Source: an uncultured delta proteobacterium (GTDB lineage Bacteria; Desulfobacterota; Binatia; UBA9968). From it: a stretch of 64,000 nucleotides of DNA. The stretch is taken from positions 1 to 64,000 of the forward strand of contig CAWFJP010000009.1 of assembly GCA_963816145.1 (NCBI GenBank). The letters run 5' to 3'. Position numbers and translations under genes: made by a program. The notes beneath the pieces were generated by a model. The model made no database searches. It had not been told where the DNA came from and was given only the letters and a program-made list of their open reading frames with translations. This document shows, piece by piece, positions 19,891-29,849 of this stretch (position 1 is the stretch's first letter; each line of letters opens with the position of its first letter).

Positions 19891-20453
19891 ATCGGGTGAA
19901 CTCTTCTAAACGAAATTGGTTCTTCGAGGGGGTTGTTGTGGAGCTAGCACGTATCGGGAATTTAAACCACCCTGTTTTTTCTGCCAATACTAAATACAGG
20001 GAGATAGCAGGTCGAGCGGGCCATGCCATAACCAGCAATTAACCGTGAAATCGCACTTACATATTGGGACCTGCTACGGTGCGAGGATTTTGTAGTGATC
20101 GAGAATGGGGTCGAAGAGGACTCGTTCCCATTGGCAAGATGAAATTTGGTCGAGCAAGTCGCGCTGACCTTTTGGTAACGACTCTGCCGACGTTTTTGTT
20201 TCCCTTTGGCCAGATCATTGTCCCGGGATAGAGAGCAAAAATTGCAGAGACGCCAACGGGCGTCGACTCGGTTACTTGATCACCCCTGTCCGCGCTTGCC
20301 AGGATATTAACGCAGATTCGTCAGGCCAAGCTGCTTGGCAGTTTTTGAGTTGATAAAGCATGCACCCACGGCTCGCGTTCATTACAGTCAACAGGTGAAG
20401 ACCGCCGCCGTTGCAGCCAAGGAGGGTTTGGGACTAACATAGCAAGGACAACG

Positions 20454-22304
20454 ATGGGAACACCTATGTACGACGACGTTATTGATCTGCTCAAAAGACA
20501 TGAGTACTTTGGCGGCATCAGCGATGCTGTACTCGGGGGAATTGCCAGCTTCGCCAAGGTCACGAACTACGACGCTGCTGCGGTCATCCTCCAGCCCAAC
20601 GATCCCCTCACGTCAGTCAACTTCGTACTCCGGGGTCGGCTAAAAGCCGTGCGCCTGGACTCGCGCGGCGATGAGCATCTCTTTCGGATAGTCGAGCACG
20701 GCGACCAGTACGGCCTAATGCTAGGCGGCCTGGGCGAATCCTTCCCGGTGCGAATATTCGCGCTGGAGCCCTCGACGATCCTGAGCCTGGATTACGAAAA
20801 GGCGATGGAGTTGACGCTTCTGCACCCCGACCTGCGCCGGCAGTGGTTACAGAGCTACGCCCGCAAACTGCGGCGGCATCTTTTCGAGCCCGCCGCCGCG
20901 CGGGCGCCGAAGTTGCTCGCGATGATCCACGAATCGCCGGCAACGCGAAACCTCGCTCAGCAGCTCATCGGGCGCCTGCAAGGGCTGGGGGAAGCAGTCG
21001 CCGTTCTCAGCGACGCGGATTTTTGGCGGTCGATACCCGATGTGCAGTTCCGCTCGCTGCTCGACGGCGACCGGCTCATCGAAACGGCGGAGATTCGCCG
21101 GCAAGTTGCCGCGTGGAACCAGGCCAACCGCATCGTGGTCGATATCACTGCGCGTCAGAACCTGGACTGGGCCATGCTCGTGGGAGGAGCCGAATGCGTC
21201 CTGGTATTCGTTCGGCCCCATGAGATCAGCCAGTCGCTCGAGCGGTTGCGCGCGCTGGAGTTGGCGGCACCAGGCTTGCATGACAAGATCGCGATCGTGT
21301 GGCTGTTGGAGGAGGGCAGCGGCGTGGCGCCCGTGGTACCGGAACTCCGCAACTTCGCGAGCCGGGAATTCAAAATCTGCGCATCGCCGCTGCCGCATCC
21401 CTGGGGCAAGGTGCAATCCACCGGCATGGAGCGGCTGGTCCATCACCTGCGGGGTGTAAAGATCGGCGTCGCCCTGGGCGGCGGGGCGGCTCGCGGCATG
21501 GCGCACCTGGGTGTGCTCAATGCCCTCGATCAGCATGGCATCGTCGTCGATGCGATCGCGGGCACGAGCGTCGGGGCCATGACCGGGGTCATGTATTCCG
21601 CGGGTCTGGATTGCGCATTTCTATCCAACGCGTTCGCAACCGATCTGACACCCTCGTGGATATTCCGTCAGCTTCCCAGCGGCGGTTACTTGTACCTCCT
21701 GTACAAATACCGCCGCGGCCAATGGGATCCGATGCTGCGAAAATACCTGCACAACTGGAAGTTGGAGCAACTGGCGCTACCGTGTCTCAGCGTTACCGCC
21801 GATCTGGTGAGTGGGCAGGCGGTAGTCAGGGGCCAGGGAGACGCCGTGCATGCGGTTCTCGAAAGCATCAACTTGCCTGGGCTTTCGGCCCCCATCTGCC
21901 GCAACGGACAGGCGCTGGTCGATGGCGGCGTGATGAATAATATTCCCGCGGATGTGCTTATATCTCAGGGGTGCAACTTGGTGATCGCCGTGAGCGTTAC
22001 GACCAAGATCGTAACCCAGTTTGGCGCCAACAAGCCGGAGACACCGACGCTAAGCATGCGAATTCCGTCAAGCCTGCAAACGATGCTGCGCACCCTGGAA
22101 GTGCAGAATGTCAGCCTGAACGCCATCGGCGTGCAACCGGCGGAGGTGGTGATCGCGCCCGACGTCGCCGATTTCGACCTGTCGGAGTTCATGCGCGCAA
22201 AGGAACTTTTTGCGCTCGGCGAACAGGCCGCGCTGGTTCAGATCCCGAAAATCCAACAACTGCTGGCCCGGCTCGATCCGGTGCTTTTTCGGCTTGGCCA
22301 GTGA
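20454..22304 (+). CDS. cNMP-binding / patatin phospholipase (NTE-like)
   Basis: N-terminal CAP-like domain; GGGAARG, GTSVG, DGG. Confidence 0.88.
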   Translation: MGTPMYDDVIDLLKRHEYFGGISDAVLGGIASFAKVTNYDAAAVILQPNDPLTSVNFVLRGRLKAVRLDSRGDEHLFRIVEHGDQYGLMLGGLGESFPVRIFALEPSTILSLDYEKAMELTLLHPDLRRQWLQSYARKLRRHLFEPAAARAPKLLAMIHESPATRNLAQQLIGRLQGLGEAVAVLSDADFWRSIPDVQFRSLLDGDRLIETAEIRRQVAAWNQANRIVVDITARQNLDWAMLVGGAECVLVFVRPHEISQSLERLRALELAAPGLHDKIAIVWLLEEGSGVAPVVPELRNFASREFKICASPLPHPWGKVQSTGMERLVHHLRGVKIGVALGGGAARGMAHLGVLNALDQHGIVVDAIAGTSVGAMTGVMYSAGLDCAFLSNAFATDLTPSWIFRQLPSGGYLYLLYKYRRGQWDPMLRKYLHNWKLEQLALPCLSVTADLVSGQAVVRGQGDAVHAVLESINLPGLSAPICRNGQALVDGGVMNNIPADVLISQGCNLVIAVSVTTKIVTQFGANKPETPTLSMRIPSSLQTMLRTLEVQNVSLNAIGVQPAEVVIAPDVADFDLSEFMRAKELFALGEQAALVQIPKIQQLLARLDPVLFRLGQ

Positions 22305-22325
22305 GGTCGCCAACTGTCTTCAAGC

Positions 22326-23324
22326 GTGAGAATTTTTTTTAATATTTTACTGGGGATCACGATAACGGCGATAACGCTGTGGGGAGTTGGCGCATGGTAT
22401 TTCTCGCCGCTGTTGCCGGCGCGATGGCGCGCTTTTGCCGCCGCGAGCTACGGGACGGCAAGTATTTTAGCCTTTGCGCTGCTGCCGTATCCGGGCACAA
22501 CGGCCATTGCCGCGCTCGCCATCTTCGCAGTCTTGGTGATCTTGTTCCTCCGCATACCCGCGTCTAACACTCGCGACTGGCAGCCTGAAGTGTCGGTTAC
22601 GCCGCACGCAACGGTGAACGGTGATCTGGTGACGATTCACGGCGTGAGAAATTTCGACTACCGGAGCGCGAGCGATTTTACGCCGCGCTGGGAGGATCGC
22701 ACCTACGACCTGCGCAAGCTCGATTCCGCCGATATCATCGCCGTCTACTGGGCAGGCAAAGCAATCGCCCACATCATGGTCAGCTTCGGGTTCCAAGGCC
22801 AGGACTACCTGGCGGTGTCGATCGAGACGCGCAAGCAAAAGGGCGAGAGTTATTCGACCCTCGCTGGGTTTTTTCGCCAATATGAGCTTTACTACGTCGT
22901 CGCGGATGAGCGCGACGTGATCCGGGTACGGACCACGTATCGCCAGCCGCAGGAAGATGTTCACATCTACCGCACCCGCGCGCCGCTCAGGAATATTCGT
23001 CGGGTGTTTCTGGACTACATCGAAAAGATGAACCACATGAGCGAGCATCCGCGCTATTACAATACGCTGACGACCAACTGCACGACGACCATTCTCATGC
23101 ACACGCGGATGAATCCCGAGTCGCCGCCGTTGTCCTGGAAAGTTTTGCTGAGCGGCTATCTACCCGATTATCTCTACCAACTCGGCCGCATCGATACGAC
23201 AAAACCGTTTGCCGACTTGGAAAAACTCTCCCGCGTGAACGAGCGCGCGCACGCGGCCGACAAAGATGCCTCTTTCTCGCAACGCCTCAGGCAAGGACTG
23301 CCGAAACCGGCGCCGCTGCCGTAG
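22326..23324 (+). CDS. DUF4105 (Lnb-like) membrane protein
   Basis: Three N-terminal TMs, PASN.RDW.P, VRNFDY, IAHIMVSFGF, SIETR, YNTLTTNCTT. Confidence 0.85.
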   Translation: MRIFFNILLGITITAITLWGVGAWYFSPLLPARWRAFAAASYGTASILAFALLPYPGTTAIAALAIFAVLVILFLRIPASNTRDWQPEVSVTPHATVNGDLVTIHGVRNFDYRSASDFTPRWEDRTYDLRKLDSADIIAVYWAGKAIAHIMVSFGFQGQDYLAVSIETRKQKGESYSTLAGFFRQYELYYVVADERDVIRVRTTYRQPQEDVHIYRTRAPLRNIRRVFLDYIEKMNHMSEHPRYYNTLTTNCTTTILMHTRMNPESPPLSWKVLLSGYLPDYLYQLGRIDTTKPFADLEKLSRVNERAHAADKDASFSQRLRQGLPKPAPLP

Positions 23325-23459
23325 TGCGCTTCGTTGGGCTCCTCCCCCCATTCTTGCCGCTTAGTCATCTGTAGTCTTACGACGGACAAAAAATTATACT
23401 CTCGGCGGCTTGTTATTTTCCCGACCTTGTGGGCTTAATAGCCTCAAATCAGCCTGAAA

Positions 23460-25049
23460 GTGGGTGACCTTATTCGGATTTTTCTTATCCATATACGCGA
23501 CCCCCAGTTCTATGCTCTACCGGCGGCGACCCGAGCAAAGAACGGCAATATACGGGTCATGGGTTTCCCGCCGATCGGGATCATGTCGCTTTCCGCGGTG
23601 GTTAAACGCGCCGGGCACGAGTGCGTGATGTTCGATCAGGCCAATCCGGAGACCCCGAATGAAATCATTATTGACGAGATTCGCAGACAGCAACCCGACC
23701 TGGTCGGCTTGAGTTTTTTGAGCACGACGAGTTACCCATACGCCAAGATCCTTGCCCGTCAAATTCGCGCCGCCGATTCCCGTATTCGCCTGGCCTTTGG
23801 CGGCGTGTTTGCCACGTTGAACGCCGAACTCGTCAAGCTTCAGTGTCCAGAGGTGAATTTCGTGTGCCGCGGCGACGGCGAACAGCTGATCCTCGATTTG
23901 CTCGAAAGATTGGATGATCCGGACGAAGTCGCGGGTCTCACTTGGGAAAAGGATGGCCGCGTCGTTCACAACCCGAACCGGGCGCTGGATCGCGCACTTG
24001 ATCAGTGGCCGTTTCCGGACCGAGAGAGCCTACCTTTGGATTTTGTCGAGTCGATGCCCCTCGATGTGCCTGCGGTGTTGTCGATGGAGCGTTTCACCAC
24101 GATGCAGACTTCTCGTGGATGTCCGTGGCCGTGTATTTTTTGCGATATCCCGATCTTCAATGAAGGCAAGTGGCGTTCACGCAGCCCCCAGCACGTTGTC
24201 GACGAGTTCAAGCACCTGCAGTCGCTGGGTTATGGCGCGGTCTATTTTGTCGACGATCATTTTCTCCTCCAACCCAAGCGTATCGAGGCGATCTGCCAGG
24301 GGATCAACGACAACGGAATCAACATCCGTTGGGGTTGCGAGGGGCGCGTGGATTCCACCGCACAGCACCTTTTTCCAGCTATGGCAAAGGCCCATTGTCG
24401 CACAGTGATGTTCGGGATCGAGAGCGGCAGCCAGAAAGTACTCGACCGATTAAGGAAAGATCAAACGCTGGAGCAGGTCGAGGGTGCGGTCAACAAGGCC
24501 AAGCAAGCCGGAATCGAGATCGTTCACGGGTTTTTTGTTGTCGGCAATCCAGACGAAACCGTCGAAGATATGCGTGCGACGTTCGACTTTGCGGCCAAAC
24601 TCCGGTTGGACACGTTCGGATTTAACCGGCTGTGCGTTTACCGCGGTACGCCGTTGTGGAAGGAGTATGTCGGACGTGGCTTGGTCGACGATGCGAAGGA
24701 CTGGTTCAAGTACTTTAAATGCTCGGAGATCGATCCGACCTGCCTGCCGGGTCCGGTAATCAACGCCGAACGAAGCGCCGGATTGCGCAAAATATTCCGC
24801 TACAAATTAACGCACTATCCGGTGCAGACGCTTCGATTGCTGCGACGCTTCATGCGTCACATGCCGCTTCGCGATGTTGTCCACCTTATCATTAAGCCGT
24901 TCCTCGGCCAGAAGCAGGGGGCGACCAAGAACGAGATGCTTTCGCGCGCCGTGGAGCATGGCGCGCTCAAAGATGCGGCGGCGAACTTGACGACGCTCCC
25001 GGATGAATTGCTCGAAGACGCGATTGCAGACCAGCATCCAAGAATGTAG
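23460..25049 (+). CDS. Cobalamin-dependent radical SAM protein
   Basis: PPIGIMSL, GG.FAT, RGDGE, TSRGCPWPCIFC (CxxxCxxC), FVDD, FGIESGS. Confidence 0.9.
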   Translation: MGDLIRIFLIHIRDPQFYALPAATRAKNGNIRVMGFPPIGIMSLSAVVKRAGHECVMFDQANPETPNEIIIDEIRRQQPDLVGLSFLSTTSYPYAKILARQIRAADSRIRLAFGGVFATLNAELVKLQCPEVNFVCRGDGEQLILDLLERLDDPDEVAGLTWEKDGRVVHNPNRALDRALDQWPFPDRESLPLDFVESMPLDVPAVLSMERFTTMQTSRGCPWPCIFCDIPIFNEGKWRSRSPQHVVDEFKHLQSLGYGAVYFVDDHFLLQPKRIEAICQGINDNGINIRWGCEGRVDSTAQHLFPAMAKAHCRTVMFGIESGSQKVLDRLRKDQTLEQVEGAVNKAKQAGIEIVHGFFVVGNPDETVEDMRATFDFAAKLRLDTFGFNRLCVYRGTPLWKEYVGRGLVDDAKDWFKYFKCSEIDPTCLPGPVINAERSAGLRKIFRYKLTHYPVQTLRLLRRFMRHMPLRDVVHLIIKPFLGQKQGATKNEMLSRAVEHGALKDAAANLTTLPDELLEDAIADQHPRM

Positions 25050-25375
25050 TCCAGGCAGCGGGACAAGGATTCTAGGTGAGATCGATTTCGTCTGCCGTCT
25101 GAAGGACAATCTCCGTGCCGGGGGGTGGATATCGGTCATTCACGGTATCGTGATAGCGGCGCGGCTGCCGGTTGAAAGTACTAACCGTCAATCTTGGCAG
25201 AGCAGCCCGGTATCGAGCGACGAACTCGGTTCTCGTCGTTCAACGCGCGGCCAGGGTCTTGCCATGAAATTTTTTGCATGGCCCCTTGGCTGCTTGGATT
25301 GCCCACCATTCCTTTTTTTGGTAAATATTTCGACGCATACTGGATATTTTATCGTCAATAAAAAGGAGTATTAAC

Positions 25376-25987
25376 ATGCAAAAAGCCATTCCGTTCATCA
25401 TCGCCGCCATCGCGCTCGGAGGCCCGCTCGCCCATGCCCAGCCCAAAGCGCCACAGCGTTCAACCGTCGTCGCGAGCGAGCCGGGCAAAGCCGTGGCCGT
25501 TTCTGTCGCTGAGGCCACCGCCACGGTTGTTGCGATCAACAGCGCGACGCGCACGGTCACGCTGAAGCGCGCAGACGGCCATCTGGTGGAGGTCGTCTGT
25601 GGCGATGATGTGAAGAATTTCGCCCAGATCAGCGTCGGCGACAACGTGAAGGTGAGTTACCAGGAGGCGCTCACGCTCGAGTTGAAGAAGACCCGCGCCC
25701 CGCTGGCTACAAGCGGCACCACAAGCGAAGTGCGCGCGGAGCCGGGCGCCAGACCCGGGGGAGCGGTCGGACGCGAGGTCACGGTGCTTGCCGATGTGGT
25801 CGCGGTCGATCCCAAGAAGAGCACCATCACGCTCAAGGGTCCGGCCGGCAACGTGGTTGACCTCAAAGTCCGGAACCAGGATCACTTCAAGGTCGTGAAA
25901 AAAGGCGACCAGGTGGAAGCAGTCTACAGCGAGGCGCTTGCCGTAGCCGTCACGCCGGTACCGAAGCCCGAAGCCAAGAACAAGTAG
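25376..25987 (+). CDS. Secreted protein with two OB-fold-like repeats
   Basis: RBS AAGGAG, signal peptide, twice A.VVA....R.V/ITLK...G.......GD.V...Y.EAL. Confidence 0.75.
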   Translation: MQKAIPFIIAAIALGGPLAHAQPKAPQRSTVVASEPGKAVAVSVAEATATVVAINSATRTVTLKRADGHLVEVVCGDDVKNFAQISVGDNVKVSYQEALTLELKKTRAPLATSGTTSEVRAEPGARPGGAVGREVTVLADVVAVDPKKSTITLKGPAGNVVDLKVRNQDHFKVVKKGDQVEAVYSEALAVAVTPVPKPEAKNK

Positions 25988-26261
25988 GCAGGACGTGAAT
26001 ACCAGGTAAAGATGGCAACGGGATCAGACCATGGCCGGCAAGGTCTGGTTCACACGACCCTACGGTTGTATAGCCCGCTCCAACCGTTCTTCGACAAGAC
26101 TTGGCATCGGAGCGAGTTCGAGTTGGTGAAGTGAACAACCTAATCAACCTGAACACGCTGATGTGGTTAGAACTGGAAGATCTCAGCGAATGGGCGCAAC
26201 GGGATCCATGGGTTATTCGCCTCGACAGTTGACATGTTTCCGTTGCTGGTTTCACAATAAC

Positions 26262-26360
26262 TCGCGTGTGGCTGACTGACTTGTCTCGAAAGCTTGGCCG
26301 AGGTGCCACCCTCGATGACATTCCAGATGCCAAACAAATGGCTTTTGGTTGGCTGGACGC
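26262..26360 (+). pseudogene. Alpha-amylase (GH13) N-terminal fragment
   Basis: [23 protein letters not shown] resembles [19 protein letters not shown]. Confidence 0.6.
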
Positions 26361-26419
26361 AGTGCCCGCTACCCTCTTCAACGATGTCCAGGGGGCACAA
26401 CTGGGGAGCGCGCACGTAG

Positions 26420-27135
26420 GGAGCCTGAAAGAGACCTTCAGAAAGTTGTTGCTGATTTTCACCTGGTGGGTAAACCGGAAAGACCAGGAAGACAACGACG
26501 TCTTCGAGGGCGGCTTCCTGGTAATGGACAATATATAGGCGTCTTCGACCGCAGCGCGCCGTTGCCTACCGGCGGCACCCTGGAGCAGGCCGACGGCTCG
26601 GCCTGGATGTGGTTTTTCTGCCAGAACATGCTGGAGATCGCTCTGGAGCTTGCCAAGCATGATCCCGGTTACCAGGATATAGCAGCGAAATGCGTCGAGC
26701 ACTTTCTTTGGATCGCTGCATCTATGGACAGGATGGGCGTTCAAGAGGAGGAGTTGTGGGACGAGGAGGACGGCTTCTTCTACGATGTGCTCCGTCTTCG
26801 CGACGGTTCAGTCCAGCGCCTTAAAATTCGCTCCATGGTTGGGCTACTGCCGCTCTGCGCCAGCGCGGTTATCTCGCCGGACATGACGACAAAATCCCCT
26901 GAGTTCGCTAAGCGGTTAGAGAATTTCCTAGATCGCCACCGCTTCATTTTAGCTAACGTTGATCCCAGACTGTGCCCGGCGCGGAGGTCGCTATCTCCTC
27001 AGCCTCTGTGATGAGACGAAGCTGCGCCGCATCCTTACGCGGATGCTCGATGAGAAACGGTTTTTCTCGCCTTTTGCCATCCGGTCGCTGTCGAAGTGGC
27101 ACGAGCAACATCCGTATACATTCGACGTTCATGGA
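26420..27135 (+). pseudogene. GH63/MGH1-like glucosidase internal fragment with two frameshifts
   Basis: [15 protein letters not shown]....VFEGGFL.MDN / [46 protein letters not shown] / LRRIL.RMLDE..F.SP..IRSLS. Confidence 0.85.
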
Positions 27136-27235
27136 AAAAGCGCGATGAGGATGGTCTCGCGAGTGTCTTCACGGCGAGGGAGGTGATAGATTGTCATGAT
27201 CGTTATGTCTGAGCCGGTTTCCCGAGCGAGAGCGC

Positions 27236-27276
27236 AATGATAACAATCCAGCAGATCAAAGCCAGAGAATGATGGT
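27236..27276 (+). repeat. 41-bp direct repeat, copy 1 (leader of the 27322 gene)
   Basis: aatgataacaatccagcagatcaaagccagagaatgatggt. Confidence 0.85.
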
Positions 27277-27321
27277 TCGGATCACGCAACGAAGTTCTGA
27301 AACAACACAAAGGAGGTTTTT

Positions 27322-27774
27322 ATGAGGAGTATCATGCGGCTTTTCCAAATCAGTGCGTTAATTATCGGCGTTCAGACAACGCTCGTGGCCACCGCGTTGG
27401 CAGCCAGTGCGAAGGTCGAATGGTCGCCAACGGCGATCACCGACATAAAGGCCATCGCCGGGAAATGGGAAGGACTTATGATTCGAACACCCAAGGCCCG
27501 GAGCGACGACTGGGTGCGCTTCAGTATTCAAGAGAGCGGAGACTACGATTTTACCAGCTATCGGACGATCGGCGTGTTCAGCGGCAAAGGCAATTTGACC
27601 ATCAAAGATGGTAAAGCGACAGCGCAGGGCGAAAAGGGCAGCGTAACGGTGCAACTCTTTACGGATAACGCGAGTGGCAAGTCCATGCTGAAAGCCGAGG
27701 GCAAGGGCAAAGACGGAATCTCTTATCGGGCTGAGCTGACGAAGGCTGCCGACGCTCCAGGCAAGCAAAAATAA
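27322..27774 (+). CDS. Secreted hypothetical protein, paralog of 12274-12750
   Basis: RBS AAGGAGG, signal peptide, WSPTAITDIKAIAGKWEG...Y.AEL. Confidence 0.78.
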   Translation: MRSIMRLFQISALIIGVQTTLVATALAASAKVEWSPTAITDIKAIAGKWEGLMIRTPKARSDDWVRFSIQESGDYDFTSYRTIGVFSGKGNLTIKDGKATAQGEKGSVTVQLFTDNASGKSMLKAEGKGKDGISYRAELTKAADAPGKQK

Positions 27775-27873
27775 CGACCGTCTGGTGAGGATATGCGTTT
27801 TGAAAGCGCGCAGCCATTCAAAATTAGGCCTTGTTCGAAAGTAATAACGTGATCGCACCGGGCCAGCGCGCGA

Positions 27874-27914
27874 AATGACAATAATCCGGCAGATCAAAGC
27901 CAGAGAATGACGGT
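27874..27914 (+). repeat. 41-bp direct repeat, copy 2 (leader of the 28021 gene)
   Basis: aatgacaataatccggcagatcaaagccagagaatgacggt. Confidence 0.85.
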
Positions 27915-28020
27915 CTGAATCAAGGAGGCAGCCTTATGTGAAGATGAAATCGGACGGAGAATTTGTGCTTTAGGTTGATTGGGTTTTAGAAGAAATGTCA
28001 AAAAATAAGGAGGAATTTAT

Positions 28021-28464
28021 ATGTCAAAGGTTCTAACAGTTTCACGGCTCGCTCTATTCTTTATGGTCATGGCGCTAGCAAGCAACGCCGTCGCCGCGGA
28101 AAAGGCGACGCCTTCGGGGAAGCTAACGATGGAGAGCAAGTCGATTGCTGCCGGCATTGGAATCACTTGGGGTGACGGAAAACTGAGTTTCAAAGGGAAA
28201 GATTACCCGTTCTCCATCGACGGTTTGACGCTGGTAGATTTCGGCATCAGCAAAGCGAGCGCTACCGGGGAAGTATACAATTTGACCGACAGCGCAAAGT
28301 TAGCGGGGACCTACGTGGCGGCCGAAGCCGGGATTACCCTGGCGGGGGGCATGGGCGGTATGGTGCTAAGGAATCAGGATGGAGTGATCATTCACATTCG
28401 TTCGGTCTCTAAGGGCGCCAAGCTCCAATTAGGCACCAGTGGACTGACGATCAAGATGAAGTAA
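28021..28464 (+). CDS. DUF1134/EipA-like secreted protein
   Basis: RBS AAGGAGG, signal peptide, GIG.TWG.G.L.F.GKDYPF...GL, GEVYNL, GTY, L.NQ.GV. Confidence 0.72.
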   Translation: MSKVLTVSRLALFFMVMALASNAVAAEKATPSGKLTMESKSIAAGIGITWGDGKLSFKGKDYPFSIDGLTLVDFGISKASATGEVYNLTDSAKLAGTYVAAEAGITLAGGMGGMVLRNQDGVIIHIRSVSKGAKLQLGTSGLTIKMK

Positions 28465-28478
28465 TAGCGCTGAAGAGT

Positions 28479-28899
28479 GTCGAGGGTCGAGGGGCAAAAG
28501 GGGTCGAGGGAAGAGTGTCGAGTGACGAGGGAAGAGTAAGGAATGAGAGCGCAATGCCAGGTGCGAGAAGCTGCAGATTTCTTCCCCTCGACCCTTTAAA
28601 CTCGCCCCCTCGGCTCCCCCCCTGACCCTCACGGATTCTTCTTACAGGAGACAACGGAGAGAACGGAGACGAAATTAAAAGAGACTCCGTTCTCTCTGTT
28701 AGCTCCTGTTAGACCCCAAAGCCGACCCATCGATCGGGTGGTAGTAGACCTGCGCTAGAGCAGGAATCGAGACATTCGGAGCCTACACTAAGCAATTAGT
28801 GTTCCATCAGATCAGGCCCCGCCATAAGCGGCCGGCGCGTCATTGCACCAAAGTCCAATAGTGCGTTTGCTTGTTGGGTCGTCTGGTTAGCCGCGATCG
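28479..28899 (+). repeat. ~420-bp non-coding direct repeat, copy A
   Basis: Colinear with 31007-31391 from gtcgagggtcgag to gttagccgcgatcg. Confidence 0.92.
28791..28806 (-). promoter_or_regulatory. Sigma-54 -24/-12 promoter-like motif
   Basis: Minus strand reads TGGAACACTAATTGCT (GG-N10-GC). It is degenerate in copy B. Confidence 0.4.
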
Positions 28900-29002
28900 G
28901 TTCCCAGTCGGCGCTTGAAACCGCCGAGGAAACTGCACGATGAGGCTTAACACAACCCCAATTTAGTCTTGATCGTTTCGTCTCAACATGTAAGTGTGAC
29001 TA

Positions 29003-29842
29003 ATGCGGTGGGTCAAGTTTGCTGCGATTGTTTCCCTGTGGGCAATTTTTGTCGGCTTTATCGTCCTTGTGCATTTATGGATCAGCGTGTTGAGAATGCC
29101 TGATCGTTGGGCGATTATCAGCCGATTGATATGCAGCCTGACGTTCCTTTTAAGACGAATCCTTAATATCCAGGTCACGGTCGTCGGCGATGCGGAGCAA
29201 CTCGATGGGGGCGGCCGCGTGATCATCAGCAATCACCTCAGTTATGTCGACGGTTTCGTTTTAGGCAGCATCTTTCCGGTAGTGTTCATATCCAAAAGAG
29301 AGGTTAAGAAATGGCCGGGGGTCGGATTGTGGGCAATTCTTTGCGGCACAATTTTTATTGACCGCCAGAGGAAGCAGCGGGTGGGGTTGCTGGTTGCGGA
29401 AACGAGCAGAAAACTAAAAGAGGGGGCGAATATCCTTCTGTTCCCTGAAGGGCACGCCACCAACGGCGAACGGATGTTGCCCTTTCAGACCGTCCCGTTA
29501 GCCGCCCCATTGCGCAATCGCTCGATCATCGTACCGGTGACTCTGGTGTACCGTTCGATTGACGATCAAGCGGTCTCGAAGGCGAATCGCGATTTGGTCT
29601 ATTGCTACGACGACATGGCCTTTGCGCCTCATATTTGGCGACTGCTAGCGCTTCGAAGCATCGAGGCTACGGTGACGGTTCACTCGAAAATCGACTGCTC
29701 CAGGTATGAAGATAGTTCTGCGGGCCGGAAAAGATTGGCGAACGACTGCTACGATCGAGTCTCGGGGAGGCGTAATAACTCTGATCTATCTCTAGAAGAA
29801 AAAGGATCAGAACGTATTAGGGCTGGGAGGGTAGGTTCCTGA
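29003..29842 (+). CDS. plsC: Lysophospholipid acyltransferase (PlsC/OlsA-like)
   Basis: NHLSYVD, FISKREV..WP..G, GTIFIDR, LFPEG..TNG. Confidence 0.85.
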   Translation: MRWVKFAAIVSLWAIFVGFIVLVHLWISVLRMPDRWAIISRLICSLTFLLRRILNIQVTVVGDAEQLDGGGRVIISNHLSYVDGFVLGSIFPVVFISKREVKKWPGVGLWAILCGTIFIDRQRKQRVGLLVAETSRKLKEGANILLFPEGHATNGERMLPFQTVPLAAPLRNRSIIVPVTLVYRSIDDQAVSKANRDLVYCYDDMAFAPHIWRLLALRSIEATVTVHSKIDCSRYEDSSAGRKRLANDCYDRVSGRRNNSDLSLEEKGSERIRAGRVGS

Positions 29843-29849
29843 TCACGGT

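Noticed and set aside
28479-28709. CsrB/RsmY-like sRNA (many GGA motifs)
   Set aside because: The GGA motifs belong to dispersed repeat arms found throughout the window and are not in separate short hairpin loops.
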